From: Blasia pusilla
Lineage: Eukaryota
Assembly (NCBI GenBank): GCA_050084515.1
Contig: CM114271.1
Location: 49,228,001-49,292,000 of the forward strand
DNA: 64,000 nucleotides
Direction of reading: 5' to 3'
Shown here: positions 14,320 to 25,449 of the stretch, one piece after another
Layout: each line of letters opens with the position of its first letter
Numbering within the stretch: position 1 is the first letter of the stretch
Program-made: the position numbers and the translations under genes
The notes under the pieces: generated by a model
The model's input: the letters and a program-made list of their open reading frames with translations, nothing else
Databases searched by the model: none
Told to the model about the DNA's origin: nothing

Positions 14320-14583
14320 TAGATCCCATATTTGGAATCGAGGCATGTACATTGTCTTCATTTTCTTCCATATGGCCTTCACGATTGGCCACATTGGCAT
14401 CGCTCCTTATGAACGGATCGCCAACATGTGCAATCTCATGTACTTCTTCCAAATGTGATCCCATATTTGGAATCGAGGCATGTACATTGTCTTCATTCAC
14501 TTCCATATGGCCTTCATAATTAGGTTTATTGGCATTACTCCTTATCAACCGATCGCCGACATGTGCAATCTCATGTACTTCAT
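14320..14583 (-). repeat. About 132-bp in-frame tandem duplication in the Helitron N-terminal ORF
   Basis: Peptide EVHEIAHVGD...EGHME.NEDNVHASIPNMGS occurs twice in ORF 13934-14827. Confidence 0.85.
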
Positions 14584-15971
14584 CCAAATGAGCATGTCTT
14601 CTTCTTTGGCCCTCAGCTCGAGCAACTTGAAGCATGCGAGATAATCGTAGAGGATTGGTAGGAACTGGAAGATTGCAAGCATAGGTTAAGAAATTAATAT
14701 ATATGATTATAATAAGAATAAATATACATACAAACATATCTATATTAAATTTGAGTATATAGTTTAGAAATATACATTGGAGATGGTAAGACCACAATCC
14801 TAGAGCTTGGAATAGCTTCAACTTCATGATGTACCATAATTAGCCTACAAAAAATTTTGTTATTAGAAATCATTCATAAAAATTTAAGACAAGTAGAAAG
14901 CATCAATAATAAAAGTATGTAAAGCATATCTTATATTAGCTTGAGTATGAAAGTCATTAGTAGTTATAGCCTTGATTTCCTCTCTAGGAAGAAGATTCAC
15001 AGACAATTGATAAACATTCGCTTGGGCCAAATTATTATGCCTTCTTCTCTGGACTTGTGCTCATGCAATTTGAAGCATAGCATGTAATTCCCGAGGGTTG
15101 GACGGAAGGGGAAGAATGAGAAAAAATATATTAATAAAATAAAATCATAATAATTAAATTAAAAAAATCAACTTAAAAAAAACCAATCAAAAATAAGAAA
15201 TTAATGAGTGGATGAAACATACATTGGAGACGATGTAGTGTCTATTGAAGCATGAAGATTTCCATCGGTAGGTGTTGCCACCACCCAGGACAAAGAATAA
15301 AAAAAGTTCATAATAGGGAAAAGAATTCTAACTATAACTATAATAACCGGTAGAAATGTTATACATAAATAAATACCTTCTAGTATTTGCGTTGGTGAGC
15401 CATCGATAATGGGTGGTTGTAATTCTTCCATCGGAGGAACATTCACAACAACTTCCATAGATCTCAATTAAACTAATTTAGCATGTCTTCGCTTTTGTCC
15501 TTGAGCTCTCACAATTTGATGTACATCATGTAGCCATTTCAGGTTCGATGGATTTGGAAGTCTACATCACAAGCTTGGAAGATATTAAAGTCACACAACA
15601 AATCTAGAGTGTGCACATATGGTTACGATATCATTCTATAATCATAATGCTAAGTATCTTTACATTGGAGATGACAAAGTCGTGGAATGACTTACAAATT
15701 GCATATCTTGAAGCGCCATTCTGTTTCTTTGAGAAGCAACCCTTCTAGCCTTCTTATATGCAAGATTCTCTATTTCCTCCGAAATCCTTATAGAAGATGG
15801 AGGACTACATGAAATGTGGTGATCATGTTCCACATTAGGTAAAGAGACTACATTGATGATGTCTTCGAATGGTCTTTTTTCATTTCGCCTCGATGGTTCC
15901 TCTTGAGATTCATGCATCTTGTGACAATATCAACCATCCAGCCAAAATATGTATTGTCAATATATAAAAAA

Positions 15972-16413
15972 TGTGAGAAAAGCAGAAAGTGACTAAATCA
16001 CTGAAATCTTTACAAAACTTAGAGATACAAAGTGGCCTAGTCCGTCCGTGCGCTCACAGAAGAGCTTCGATGGAACCTGAACTGGGAGATAACTCGACAT
16101 ACGAGAATGCGCTACCGCTGCGGCTCCCGACTATTTGACTACTCGGGAAAACTAGGGTTTTTACCTATTTTTCTTCGTTTCTATTAATAGAAAAAATTTG
16201 CATTAGGGTGCCCTATATTGCATCAGGGTGCCCCGCACCCTGATGCAATATAGGGTTAGATAAACCTAGTAACGCTACTCCGTAAACCACCTACGTCATA
16301 TTACTATGACTCCTTCGACGTTTAAGCCGGAACCATCGATCTAGGCTTCTCCTTATACAAGGGGGCCGATCAAATCAATTGTGCTTAGAGGAGTGGATGT
16401 TGAGAATCCAATA
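15972..16413 (-). repeat. 3' LTR of Copia A
   Basis: Starts tgtgagaaaa, ends gaatccaata, adjacent to the PPT (ccccccctcaa on +). Matches 20529-20760 and 21747-22200. Confidence 0.95.
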
Positions 16414-18303
16414 CCCCCCCTCAATATCCATTCTCATGTGGACTACTGTCTTGGACCTATGCCAAGATCCTTCAGATGTCGGTGAAGTTGATCTCCGCTC
16501 AAGGCTTTCGTGAAGATGTCTGCACGGTTATCCTCTGTTGGACAATAGACTAACTTCAAAACCGCTCTCTCGATCAATTCACGAAAAAAATGGTACTGGA
16601 TCTCTATGTGCTTCGTACGAGCATGAAACACAGGATTATGTGCTATGGCAATGCAACTCTGATTGTCACACCACGTTACAGTAGCACTTTCTGGTGCTTC
16701 TCCTATGTCCTCCAAATATCCATCTCAACCATCTTTGCTTCACAAGAAGCATAACAAGCCGCCTTGTACTCGCCTCGGTAGAAGAAAGAGCCCTTTGAGG
16801 TTGCTTCTTGCTGACCCATGACACCACACCTGATCCTACCAAGAAGCAATAACCCAAACGATCTTCTAGAATCTGAATCTCACCTTGCCTAACTCAGTCA
16901 CAAAAACTGTCATTTCCGTCCCTGCTCCATAGGTGATGCCGCACTCGATAGTGCCTTTGATGTACTTCAACACACGCATCCCTACCTTCCAATGGTTCTC
17001 ACGAGGCTTAGTTGAGAACCTACTCAATACTCCCACAGCGAAGCTAATGTCTGGTCTAATGTTACACAAAAATATCAAAGCGCCTACAAGCTTTCAGACA
17101 ACTTTTCATCTACCAATGGTGAAACATCCTCCATCGAGAGTTTCAACTCTACCTCCATTGGCGAGACCCACGCCTTACACTCGGTCATCCCGAATGCCTT
17201 CAAGATTTCTCTAGCATATACTACTTTGAGAGAGAAAAATAGAATCTGACTGTTGCCAAATTTCCAGTCCTATAAAGTAGTCTGAAGACCTAAATCGACA
17301 TTTCAAACTCAGATTCCAACACTCCCTTCATTTCCTCTATTTTCTTCATGTGGTTTCTGTGATGATCGGATCATCCACATACAAGACTATCAACATATAC
17401 ATCCCATCTTCGCAAAACACATACAAATTTGCTTCTGAAGGACTCTTCATGAGACCCTTCTCTCGAAAGAATGTATCTATTCGTTGATACCATACCCTTG
17501 GGGCTTGCTTCAACCCATACAATGCTCGATGAAGTAAACATACTTTCTCTTCTGATCCGGGTGTCTCAAAACCTGGTGGTTGAGAAACATATACCTCCTC
17601 CTTGAGACTCCCGTTCAGAAAAGCAGACTTCACATCGATTGGTATCAGGCCACGCGTCTTGTTCCTGCAACCGCTAGAACAATTCGAATGGTTTTCATCC
17701 TTGCAGTGGGAGCAAAAGTCTCATAGTAGTCAAAGCCTTCGATTTTTTAGCATCCTTGTGCGACCAACCTCGCTTTGAATTTATCCAATGTACTGTCCGA
17801 CTTGTACTTGGTCTTGTACATCCACTTGGTGCGTATTATCTTCCTGTCCTCTGGCTTTTCTACCAAAGTCCAAGTTTCATTTCTCTGAATAGCGTCCATC
17901 TCCGTCTGCATGGCCTCTCTCCATTGAGGATGAGCCAAGGCCTCATCCAAGCATGATGGCTCTTCCACCTTCAAGACCTCTGTCATCAGGGCCATGTTGA
18001 CGAGATGTGCGGAAGTTCTATTCTGCTCCTCTAGTCTCTTGGATCTCCTTGGATATGTAACAACTTCATCAGTTGCTGGTGGATCCTTACCATCCAAGAG
18101 CTGCTTTATCCACTTAGGGTATGACGACCGTAGTGGAAGAGCAGGTTGCTCTTTGTAATCATCACCAAAATCTTCTTCTTGATGATCTGGTGTAAACATC
18201 TGTGGTGTGCTCTGGTGGGTTATCTCTTCGTTTGATGATAATGTGGACGGACCACTGATATCCGCCACTTGACGAGGCTGTTCCTGGAACACCACGTCAC
18301 GAC

Positions 18304-20181
18304 TCATAAGCATCTTCTTTTCCTGAGGACACCAAAGGCGATAAGCTTTAGACTTATCATTGTATCCCATAAAGATGCACTTCCTGCTCTTGGACTCCAA
18401 CTTGGTCCTCGATGCTTCAGGAATATGTACAAAACACTCACTACCAAAGTCCTGAAATGTTGGATTGATGGTACCTTACCTGAGTATGATTGATGAGGAG
18501 TCATGCCTTGCACTGACTTGGTAGCACTTCTATTTAGAATGTATAGGGCAGTATTAATAGCTTCAGCCCAAAAGCCTTCTGTCAAACCTTTTGCTTTCAT
18601 CATACATCTTGCCATCTCCACCATTGTACGATTTCGACGCTCAACAACTCCATTTTGTTGTGGTGTATGTGCCGTGGTTAACTGTCGCTTGATTCCATGC
18701 TCTCCCAAATATTTGTTGAATTCTGTTGATAAGAATTCTCCTCCTCGATCGGTGCGAAGCTTTTGTACCTTCTTTCCTGTCTCATTCTCAACCAGCTTGT
18801 GCCATACTTTAAATTTTCCAAAAGCACTTGCCTTATCACGAAGGAAATACACCCACATCTTCCTACTATAATCGTCGACAACTAAAAAGAAGTAGGAAGA
18901 ACCACCTAATGCCACCGTTCTCATTTTACCACAGAGGTCAGCATGTCGCAACTCTAGAGGAGCCTTTGCCGTATTGCTGGACTCTTGTGGAAATGGTTGT
19001 CGGTGTTGCTTGCCCATCATACAAGCTTCACAAGTATCCGACACTCCATAAATTGTTGGTAAATCAGCAACCATGCCAGATTTCTGCATCTGACTTAGTA
19101 AGGGAAAGCTTAGGTGACCAAATCTTTCATGCCACAACTTATTGCTACTAAGATCTGTACCTACACTTGTCGTGAAAGCATACAACTCGTAGATATTTCC
19201 ACGTCGTATACCTTCACCCACTTCTTTCCCATTGGCATCCTCAATGACTGCTCCAGTTTTCTTGAAACGAACTTCTAGGTCACGATCACATAATACTGCC
19301 ACTAAAATCAAATTTCGCTTCAACTCTGGTACGTACAGTACATCAGTTAACTTCTTTTCATCTCCTTTTTGTGAGACTAAAGAAATTGTGCCTTTCCCTT
19401 CTACAGGGCACTTTGCATTATTCCCAACAGTAACAACGATGGGCTCTTGTAGAGGCTGTAAGGAGCTATACCAATCCTTATGATTGGTCATATGCCTAGA
19501 TGCTCCACTATCGAGCACCCATGCATCTTCACTCTTTGTCTTAGTGGTATGTTCTGCATGTGTGCAGAACTCTTCTATTGCTACCCAAGCATCTACTTCA
19601 TGTTCTCCCAGTTCTACAGAATTTCCACACTTCTTCTTAGGTCTTAAACAACCGTTCTTCTCATCCTGACTTCTCTTCCTACAATCTTTGGTAAGATGAC
19701 CTAGCTTACCACAATAAAAGCATTTGAAGGCTTTTCTTGGAAATTTCTTCTTGACATTTGAACTGTAATCCTGATTTCTACCTCTCTGTACGTTGGCAGT
19801 AAATGTTGCGTCACTTCCCTCTCTTGCTTTGAAGCGCATTTCCTCTTCTACCAACATTGCACTAAATTTTTCAAAAGTAAGCGGCGTGGGTCTTACTTGA
19901 GTATTCACTGCAATGACCAAACTGTCATACCTTGGAGGCAAAATCCTTATGCACCGGCGTGCCAAATCTTTGCTAGACTTTGAAATTCCCACGGACGCCA
20001 TCTGATCTTGAAGATTCTTGATCCTTGTCAAAAATTGCTCCGCGCTTTCTCCTTCTGAAAATTTCTCGGACGTAAGCTGATTCTCCAGATTTTGAATCCG
20101 AGTCTCATTCCTCGTTTCATACTGATTCTTCGAAATGTTCCACGCCTCAGCAGCAGTGGTTGTATGTTGAATGAGAGTCAT
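18304..20181 (-). CDS. Copia gag-protease-integrase polyprotein fragment (625-aa open segment)
   Basis: Zn knuckle, DSGAS protease, GAG-pre-integrase (LWHERFGH...CEAC) and rve integrase motifs. Confidence 0.9.
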   Translation of the reverse strand: MTLIQHTTTAAEAWNISKNQYETRNETRIQNLENQLTSEKFSEGESAEQFLTRIKNLQDQMASVGISKSSKDLARRCIRILPPRYDSLVIAVNTQVRPTPLTFEKFSAMLVEEEMRFKAREGSDATFTANVQRGRNQDYSSNVKKKFPRKAFKCFYCGKLGHLTKDCRKRSQDEKNGCLRPKKKCGNSVELGEHEVDAWVAIEEFCTHAEHTTKTKSEDAWVLDSGASRHMTNHKDWYSSLQPLQEPIVVTVGNNAKCPVEGKGTISLVSQKGDEKKLTDVLYVPELKRNLILVAVLCDRDLEVRFKKTGAVIEDANGKEVGEGIRRGNIYELYAFTTSVGTDLSSNKLWHERFGHLSFPLLSQMQKSGMVADLPTIYGVSDTCEACMMGKQHRQPFPQESSNTAKAPLELRHADLCGKMRTVALGGSSYFFLVVDDYSRKMWVYFLRDKASAFGKFKVWHKLVENETGKKVQKLRTDRGGEFLSTEFNKYLGEHGIKRQLTTAHTPQQNGVVERRNRTMVEMARCMMKAKGLTEGFWAEAINTALYILNRSATKSVQGMTPHQSYSGKVPSIQHFRTLVVSVLYIFLKHRGPSWSPRAGSASLWDTMISLKLIAFGVLRKRRCL

Positions 20182-20528
20182 GACAGATCGATTACATTCG
20201 TGACAATCGCATATAGAGCATCAGCGTTTGGCGTCTCCATGCCAATAATACAACAGATCGATATCCCCGGATGAAGATGAACTTGCGTAACTCAAACTAG
20301 CTTGTAGATTTGAATCGACCCCTGTGGCCGTTTCCCAGATCTCAAATGATTCGAGAACAGTTCTCATTTTGAACTTCCACAACGTATAGTTAGACCCATC
20401 TAACTTCCCTTCACCCAGCGGAGGAGGGCGAGCACGAACTGACGAAGAAGTAGCCATCTCTCAAGATTTTGTGCAAACACACTATATCGCCAGATACAAA
20501 ATCTTTGGAAAAACCTCGCTCGATACCA

Positions 20529-20760
20529 TGTGAGAAAAGCAGAAAGTGACTAAATCACTGAAATCTTTACAAAACTTAGAGATACAAAGTGGCCTAGTCC
20601 GTCCGTGCGCTCACAGAAGAGCTTTGATGGAACCTGAACTGGGAGATAACTCGACATACGAGAATGCGCTACCGCTGCGGCTCCCGACTATTTGACTACT
20701 CGGGAAAACTAGGGTTTTTACCTATTTTTCTTCGTTTCTATTAATAGAAAAAATTTGCAT
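20529..20760 (-). repeat. Truncated 5' LTR of Copia A
   Basis: 232 bp with one mismatch to 15972-16203. Similarity stops at about 20760-20762. Confidence 0.95.
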
Positions 20761-20846
20761 CAACTTCTCCCTCACCACTTTCCTAATAAAAGAACATGTT
20801 GTGGAAGCATATCTCCATTTGCTAATTAGTCATGACTAGTCAAAAA

Positions 20847-21180
20847 CAAGGTTCACGAAAATGGATGTGTTCTTTTGTACTTGGTCGCGTAGATCTGTGG
20901 GCTACGAGGGCTTTCTACTTCTCTTGTGAGTCCGCTTCGCCTGCACCGGCCCACGTACGGTTCACACTAGCTGTGAATTGGCCCATAGTAGACCCATAGA
21001 AGGCAGGCCTTAGACCGGCAAGAACAAGCATGTGGTTGGACTGCGTACGAGCTGGTCAAGCCATGAGTCGATGTTGTGGAGCTTGGTGCATGCTATGGGT
21101 GCTCGAGCCCCACATCCATATATCCATCCCTAGGACGGACATAAGTCCGTAGACACGAATTTTTTTTGTGTGCAACCTTC
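20847..21180. mobile_element. hAT-type MITE (GC-rich internal variant)
   Basis: Ends caaggttcac...gtgcaaccttc. Flanks gtcaaaaa/gtaaaaaa (7/8). Confidence 0.75.
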
Positions 21181-21746
21181 GTAAAAAAGGCGGTAATTGG
21201 ACATATTAAAATAAGTGCTTGACCTTGCATGGTAGAAAAATGAGTGCTTGACCTTGCATGGTGATGAGAGTCATGCCTCAATGTCTGCTAAAGGATACTA
21301 GCCAAGTCTCATCGAGAAATACTACTATAAGTTAAAATAGGGTCACCACTAAAAACAATTGAAACTTTTGTAAGAAAGTACTTTCCCACGCTCCACTCAC
21401 TACTCAAATCACATGCCATTAAAAAAAATATTGGCATAATTCTCCCTAATAAGAAGACCAGTTGGTTGATCACTAAAGCTTGAGAACCATGACTTTGAAT
21501 CCAACTATGAAACTTCAAATCCAACCATAAAACTCGCACGAAAATCTACAATCTCAAAGGGCTTATTTCTCTCTTGTTCAAATTTGAACAACATTCATTC
21601 TAAGAACTGATTGAGGAAATAAGATTGTATTCTCGAGTCTCCAAAATCTTCAAGATGAGAGCAATTTCTTCCTTCAAACTCCTCATTACACTTTTGAAAG
21701 AACACAAATCTTCTCAGACTTCCAATGTTTCCTTAATCTTCTAATT

Positions 21747-22200
21747 TGTGAGAAAAGCAGAAAGTGACTAAATCACTGAAATCTTTACAAAACTTAGAGA
21801 TACAAAGTGGCCTAGTCCGTCCATGCGCTCACAGAAGAGCTTCGATGGAACCTGAACTGGGAGATAACTAGACATACGAGAATGCGCTACCGCTACTATT
21901 TGACTACTCGGGAAAACTAGGGTTTTTACCTATTTTTCTTCGTTTCTATTAATAGAAAAATTTTGCCGAGGGCTGCGCCCCCGGACCCTATATTTAACCC
22001 TATATTGCATCAGGGTGCCCCGCACCCTGATGCGATATAGGGTTAGATAAACCTAGTAACACTACTCCGTAAACCACCTACGTCATATTACTATGACTCC
22101 TTCGACGTCTAAGTCGGAACCATCGATCTAGGCTTCTCCTCACACAAGGGGGCCGATCAAATCAATGGTGCTCAGAGGAGTGGATGTTGAGAATCCAATA
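21747..22200 (-). mobile_element. Solo LTR of the Copia A family
   Basis: Full-length LTR homolog flanked by a perfect 5-bp TSD TAATT (21742-21746, 22201-22205). Confidence 0.95.
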
Positions 22201-22204
22201 TAAT

Positions 22205-22697
22205 TATGGTTGCACAAATATGGACATGTATGTCCATTGGATGGACATGCCCACGAGGTCACCCGCCCGGGTTTTCTTGGTACCCTAGTGGCCCGCACAG
22301 GCTTGAGACGTGCGAACGGATGGGGGCTCACATTAAGGGAGGTGCATAGGAATTGGCCCGCGCATACCTCGCACTAGCCCACTCTAAGCCCACATTGGCC
22401 CGTGGCTGGCTCTTGTAGGGCAGGCTGCGGTCTCGAGATTGCCCTCCACGGGACTACCGTGGGCCTATCATGGGCCAATGCGGGCTTAGGGCAGGCTAGT
22501 GTGGGCTACAAAATGGGCGACTAGTTCTTAGATATGGGGCGGGCTAGCCAAGCTCGGATGTACGTTGCGGGCGGGGCAAGCTTGGGTGCGGGCCACGGGT
22601 ACCCAAACCCGCATGGACATGTTTATCTTAGGGAAGGACATAACTCTGCAAACATGGACATGATCTCAGAAAAAAACTTTGTCCATGTGCAACCTTT
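22205..22697. mobile_element. hAT-type MITE (long GC-rich variant)
   Basis: Ends tatggttgcac...gtgcaaccttt. Internal ggtaccctagtggcccg shared in inverted orientation with 23418-23820. Confidence 0.75.
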
Positions 22698-23417
22698 CTT
22701 CTTGCCCTCACAAATAGAACTCCCATAAAGCTCGGAAACGTCTTCTCTAACTTTCTACATTAGAATTCTTATACCTCCTTTCACTTCCAAGCTCCTCCCG
22801 TGCTCTACGTTTATTATTGCGCTATACAAGGTAGCGTTCAAGAAGTGTCTCCTTCTTGGCTTTCCAACATGTCTTCATCTCTCCAAATGCTTCTTAAATT
22901 CCCAACCTATCCTTCATCTCCCCAAGCGGTTCTCATTTGCGCCTCCAAATATGTTTTCCTCTCCATTTTACTAGTTTCGAATGGTAAAGACGTTTCTATT
23001 TATCTTTTTTCAATCTTAATATCGTGCCAATTTAACTCAAGCTATTACATCCTCTTTCTTTGAGAATTACTCTTACAAAATATTTATCAAGATTCTTTAG
23101 CCATTGAGAAGGTATCAACGGCATTGTTACTTTTTGGATGGTTGCTCCTTGTGGTTAAACTCCACCTTCTATCTTATTCTTTTTATTAACTTTAGAAGTC
23201 TTATTTCTACTTGACAAGAGTATAGCCTTCATACCCTTTTTTGTCTAACACTGATAATTTCCAAGATAATTTCCCCGTTTAAATTACATGAGGTGCCTGT
23301 CGAGCTTTACTACAAATTTCCTTAGAAGACTTGGAGGCTTAGATTTTTAAGCCTCCAAGTCTCAATTTAGGTGATAAGGCTTACCTATGGTTTAAATCTT
23401 CATCGCCCAGTTAAGCT

Positions 23418-23820
23418 TAAGGTTGCAAACAAACAAAGTTCATATTTGCAGACTTTTCTTCGTTCCTAAGACAGACATGTCCATGTGATCACAGGATGAA
23501 GCGGCCTCCATCCAGGTTTGCCCCGCCCGCAACGTAGACACGAGCTAAGCCAACCCACATCTAGTCCAACAACCCATTCTTGCCACAGAGTACATAGCAT
23601 GTTCCTCACTCATACAAGTTTGCACTCCGAGACCGTGCGGCCAAGTGAGGGCTCATAGCTTGCACATCCATTCAATCCCTGTCTGCTTCCCTTAATCAAA
23701 GCCCACACCCGTTTCCGCGTCTCAAGCCCACGCGGGCCACTAGGGTACCAAAAAAATCCAAGTTGGGGACCCATTGGGCACCGTGCCAGGGATGGACAAG
23801 TCCATTTTCATGCAAACATG
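23418..23820. mobile_element. hAT-type MITE (long variant, inverted relative to the 22205 copy)
   Basis: Ends taaggttgca...tgcaaacatg. Flanks gttaagct/gttaaatt (6/8). Confidence 0.75.
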
Positions 23821-23858
23821 GTTAAATTTAGAATGTACCTGCGCACTTAAAGTGGGAC

Positions 23859-23922
23859 AAAAAAAATAGTAGAAACTCTATTTGAAAAGAGGGAAAAAAA
23901 ATAGTAGAAACTCTATTTGAAA
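23859..23922. repeat. Short direct duplication (aaaaaaatagtagaaactctatttgaaa x2)
   Basis: Directly visible. Confidence 0.85.
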
Positions 23923-25449
23923 TGCATCAGGTAAATCTGCAAGAATCTGCAGAAATTGGAGTATTTCCAATGATGCAAAAATCAAATTACCCATAATTAG
24001 CTCGTAGTTAAAATTTCAAACTAACCCATCATTAATTGATACCTACTAGTCACGAGTTAAATGTGTGTGACAAAATAACCACCAAATACCAAAAAATTTC
24101 TAATTACTCTTGTGACTTAGATTCCCAAATAGTAACCCTTAAAAGTGCAAGCTAGAATGAAACTTATAAAACAATTTTGGGACCTCCAATCGTTAGAAGT
24201 GTGTTTAGTTATTATGTTATCCCGCTTGAACCGAAAATTGGCGTAGACGTGGATGTGTCACAATTTTGGTCGTAGATTTCCTTTCATATAACTAAGTGTA
24301 TTTATATACCCATGTAGACACCTACCTAAACCCTCATAAGCCCAGCTAGTGGGGACAATCGAAAATCCCTTTTTTCATGGGAAGATGGTCGCTTTTCTCC
24401 GCCCGACCCTAAAAAGCCGACTAGAAGAAGGCCACAATAGAATTCTTACATTCAGTTCGCCTTCAGCTTTTAACATCCAACAACATCTGGAGTGCACGTT
24501 AGGTACTCTTTTCCGAAAGAAGAGTCCGAGCTCCGCGTGTCAATCCTGGGGTCCGTCGGGAGGATCCCGTATTTGAATTTGTGTGGACATCTAGTCTCAA
24601 AGTCTGTGGTGGAGACATGATAGGTAGTTGCATGGGTGTCGATATTAGCTTCGCGTTGAGATCTAAACAACTCAGCAGTCGTCCTCCGGTGGTGAGATCG
24701 CTTGCGGCCCCTGAATAAACATTTCACTTTGCCACCTCAAACCACGTGTCGTGATATTTCTCCTTCTCCTACCAGGTGTCCACGCAAGTTATGTACGGAT
24801 TGGACGCAATTGGTACCGATTCTCCGATTTGGAGGTGTAAATTAGGTGTTGTTTAGGATGCGGAGAGCATGGGATGCTACTTGCAAACTGGATGCTACTG
24901 GATTTCGTGTCGATGATGGACTTTCCTTATGTACTAAAATATGCTAAAGCTATTCCTATCTACGTGCGTCTAAGACAGAGAAAGGACCAAATGTCTAACA
25001 TGACAGGAGTTGGCGTTGACCACGATGTTATGCTCTACACTTGTCCCCTGTCATGACTATTGCGGATCACGACAGGAATGTCCTCGAGTACGAAGAAAAG
25101 CGTAGTTTAGTATATTATTTTTCAAATTAAATGATCATGGTAAAAAAGAAAGGAAATTTAAGTAGTCTACCTGTTACCTCTGATTACAAGAGCAGAACTG
25201 AAAAAAAAACTCTGTTTTGGGAGATGGGTTCAAACGTAGCACGGCCTCGAGACTAGTTCTGGACCATGCGTATGTCTCGATACCTCCACTCAAGTACTAT
25301 TTAGCACTCGGGTCTACAGGAGACGAAGACATAGTTCCTTATTATCCTACTTTCTCACGAAATTCAAGGATAAATCTTCGCTAAGGCAAAGACAGGGTTG
25401 GTACTCACGTCAATCCAGCGGGTTTAGATACACATTACGTCTTGAAGAC

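Larger units (their letters stand above)
8919..15971 (-). mobile_element. Helitron (autonomous type, defective)
   Basis: Rep and PIF1 helicase motifs in the expected order on the minus strand. Candidate terminal CTAG at 8919-8922 is uncertain. The 5' part is interrupted by the Copia at 15972. Confidence 0.9.
15972..20760 (-). mobile_element. Ty1/Copia LTR retrotransposon (copy A); 5' LTR truncated, RT/RNaseH frameshifted
   Basis: Domain order gag, CCHC knuckle (CFYCGKLGHLTKDC), protease (WVLDSGASRH), integrase (RTDRGGEF, PQQNGVVER), RT (KARLVAQG, LYGLKQAPR, YVDD), RNaseH (CDNQS, HIEIQYHF, ADIFTKAL). PBS tggtatcgagc precedes 20529; PPT follows 16413. Confidence 0.97.

Noticed and set aside
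21214-21262. Short duplications here and at 56270-56320
   Set aside because: Ordinary slippage duplications with no further structure.
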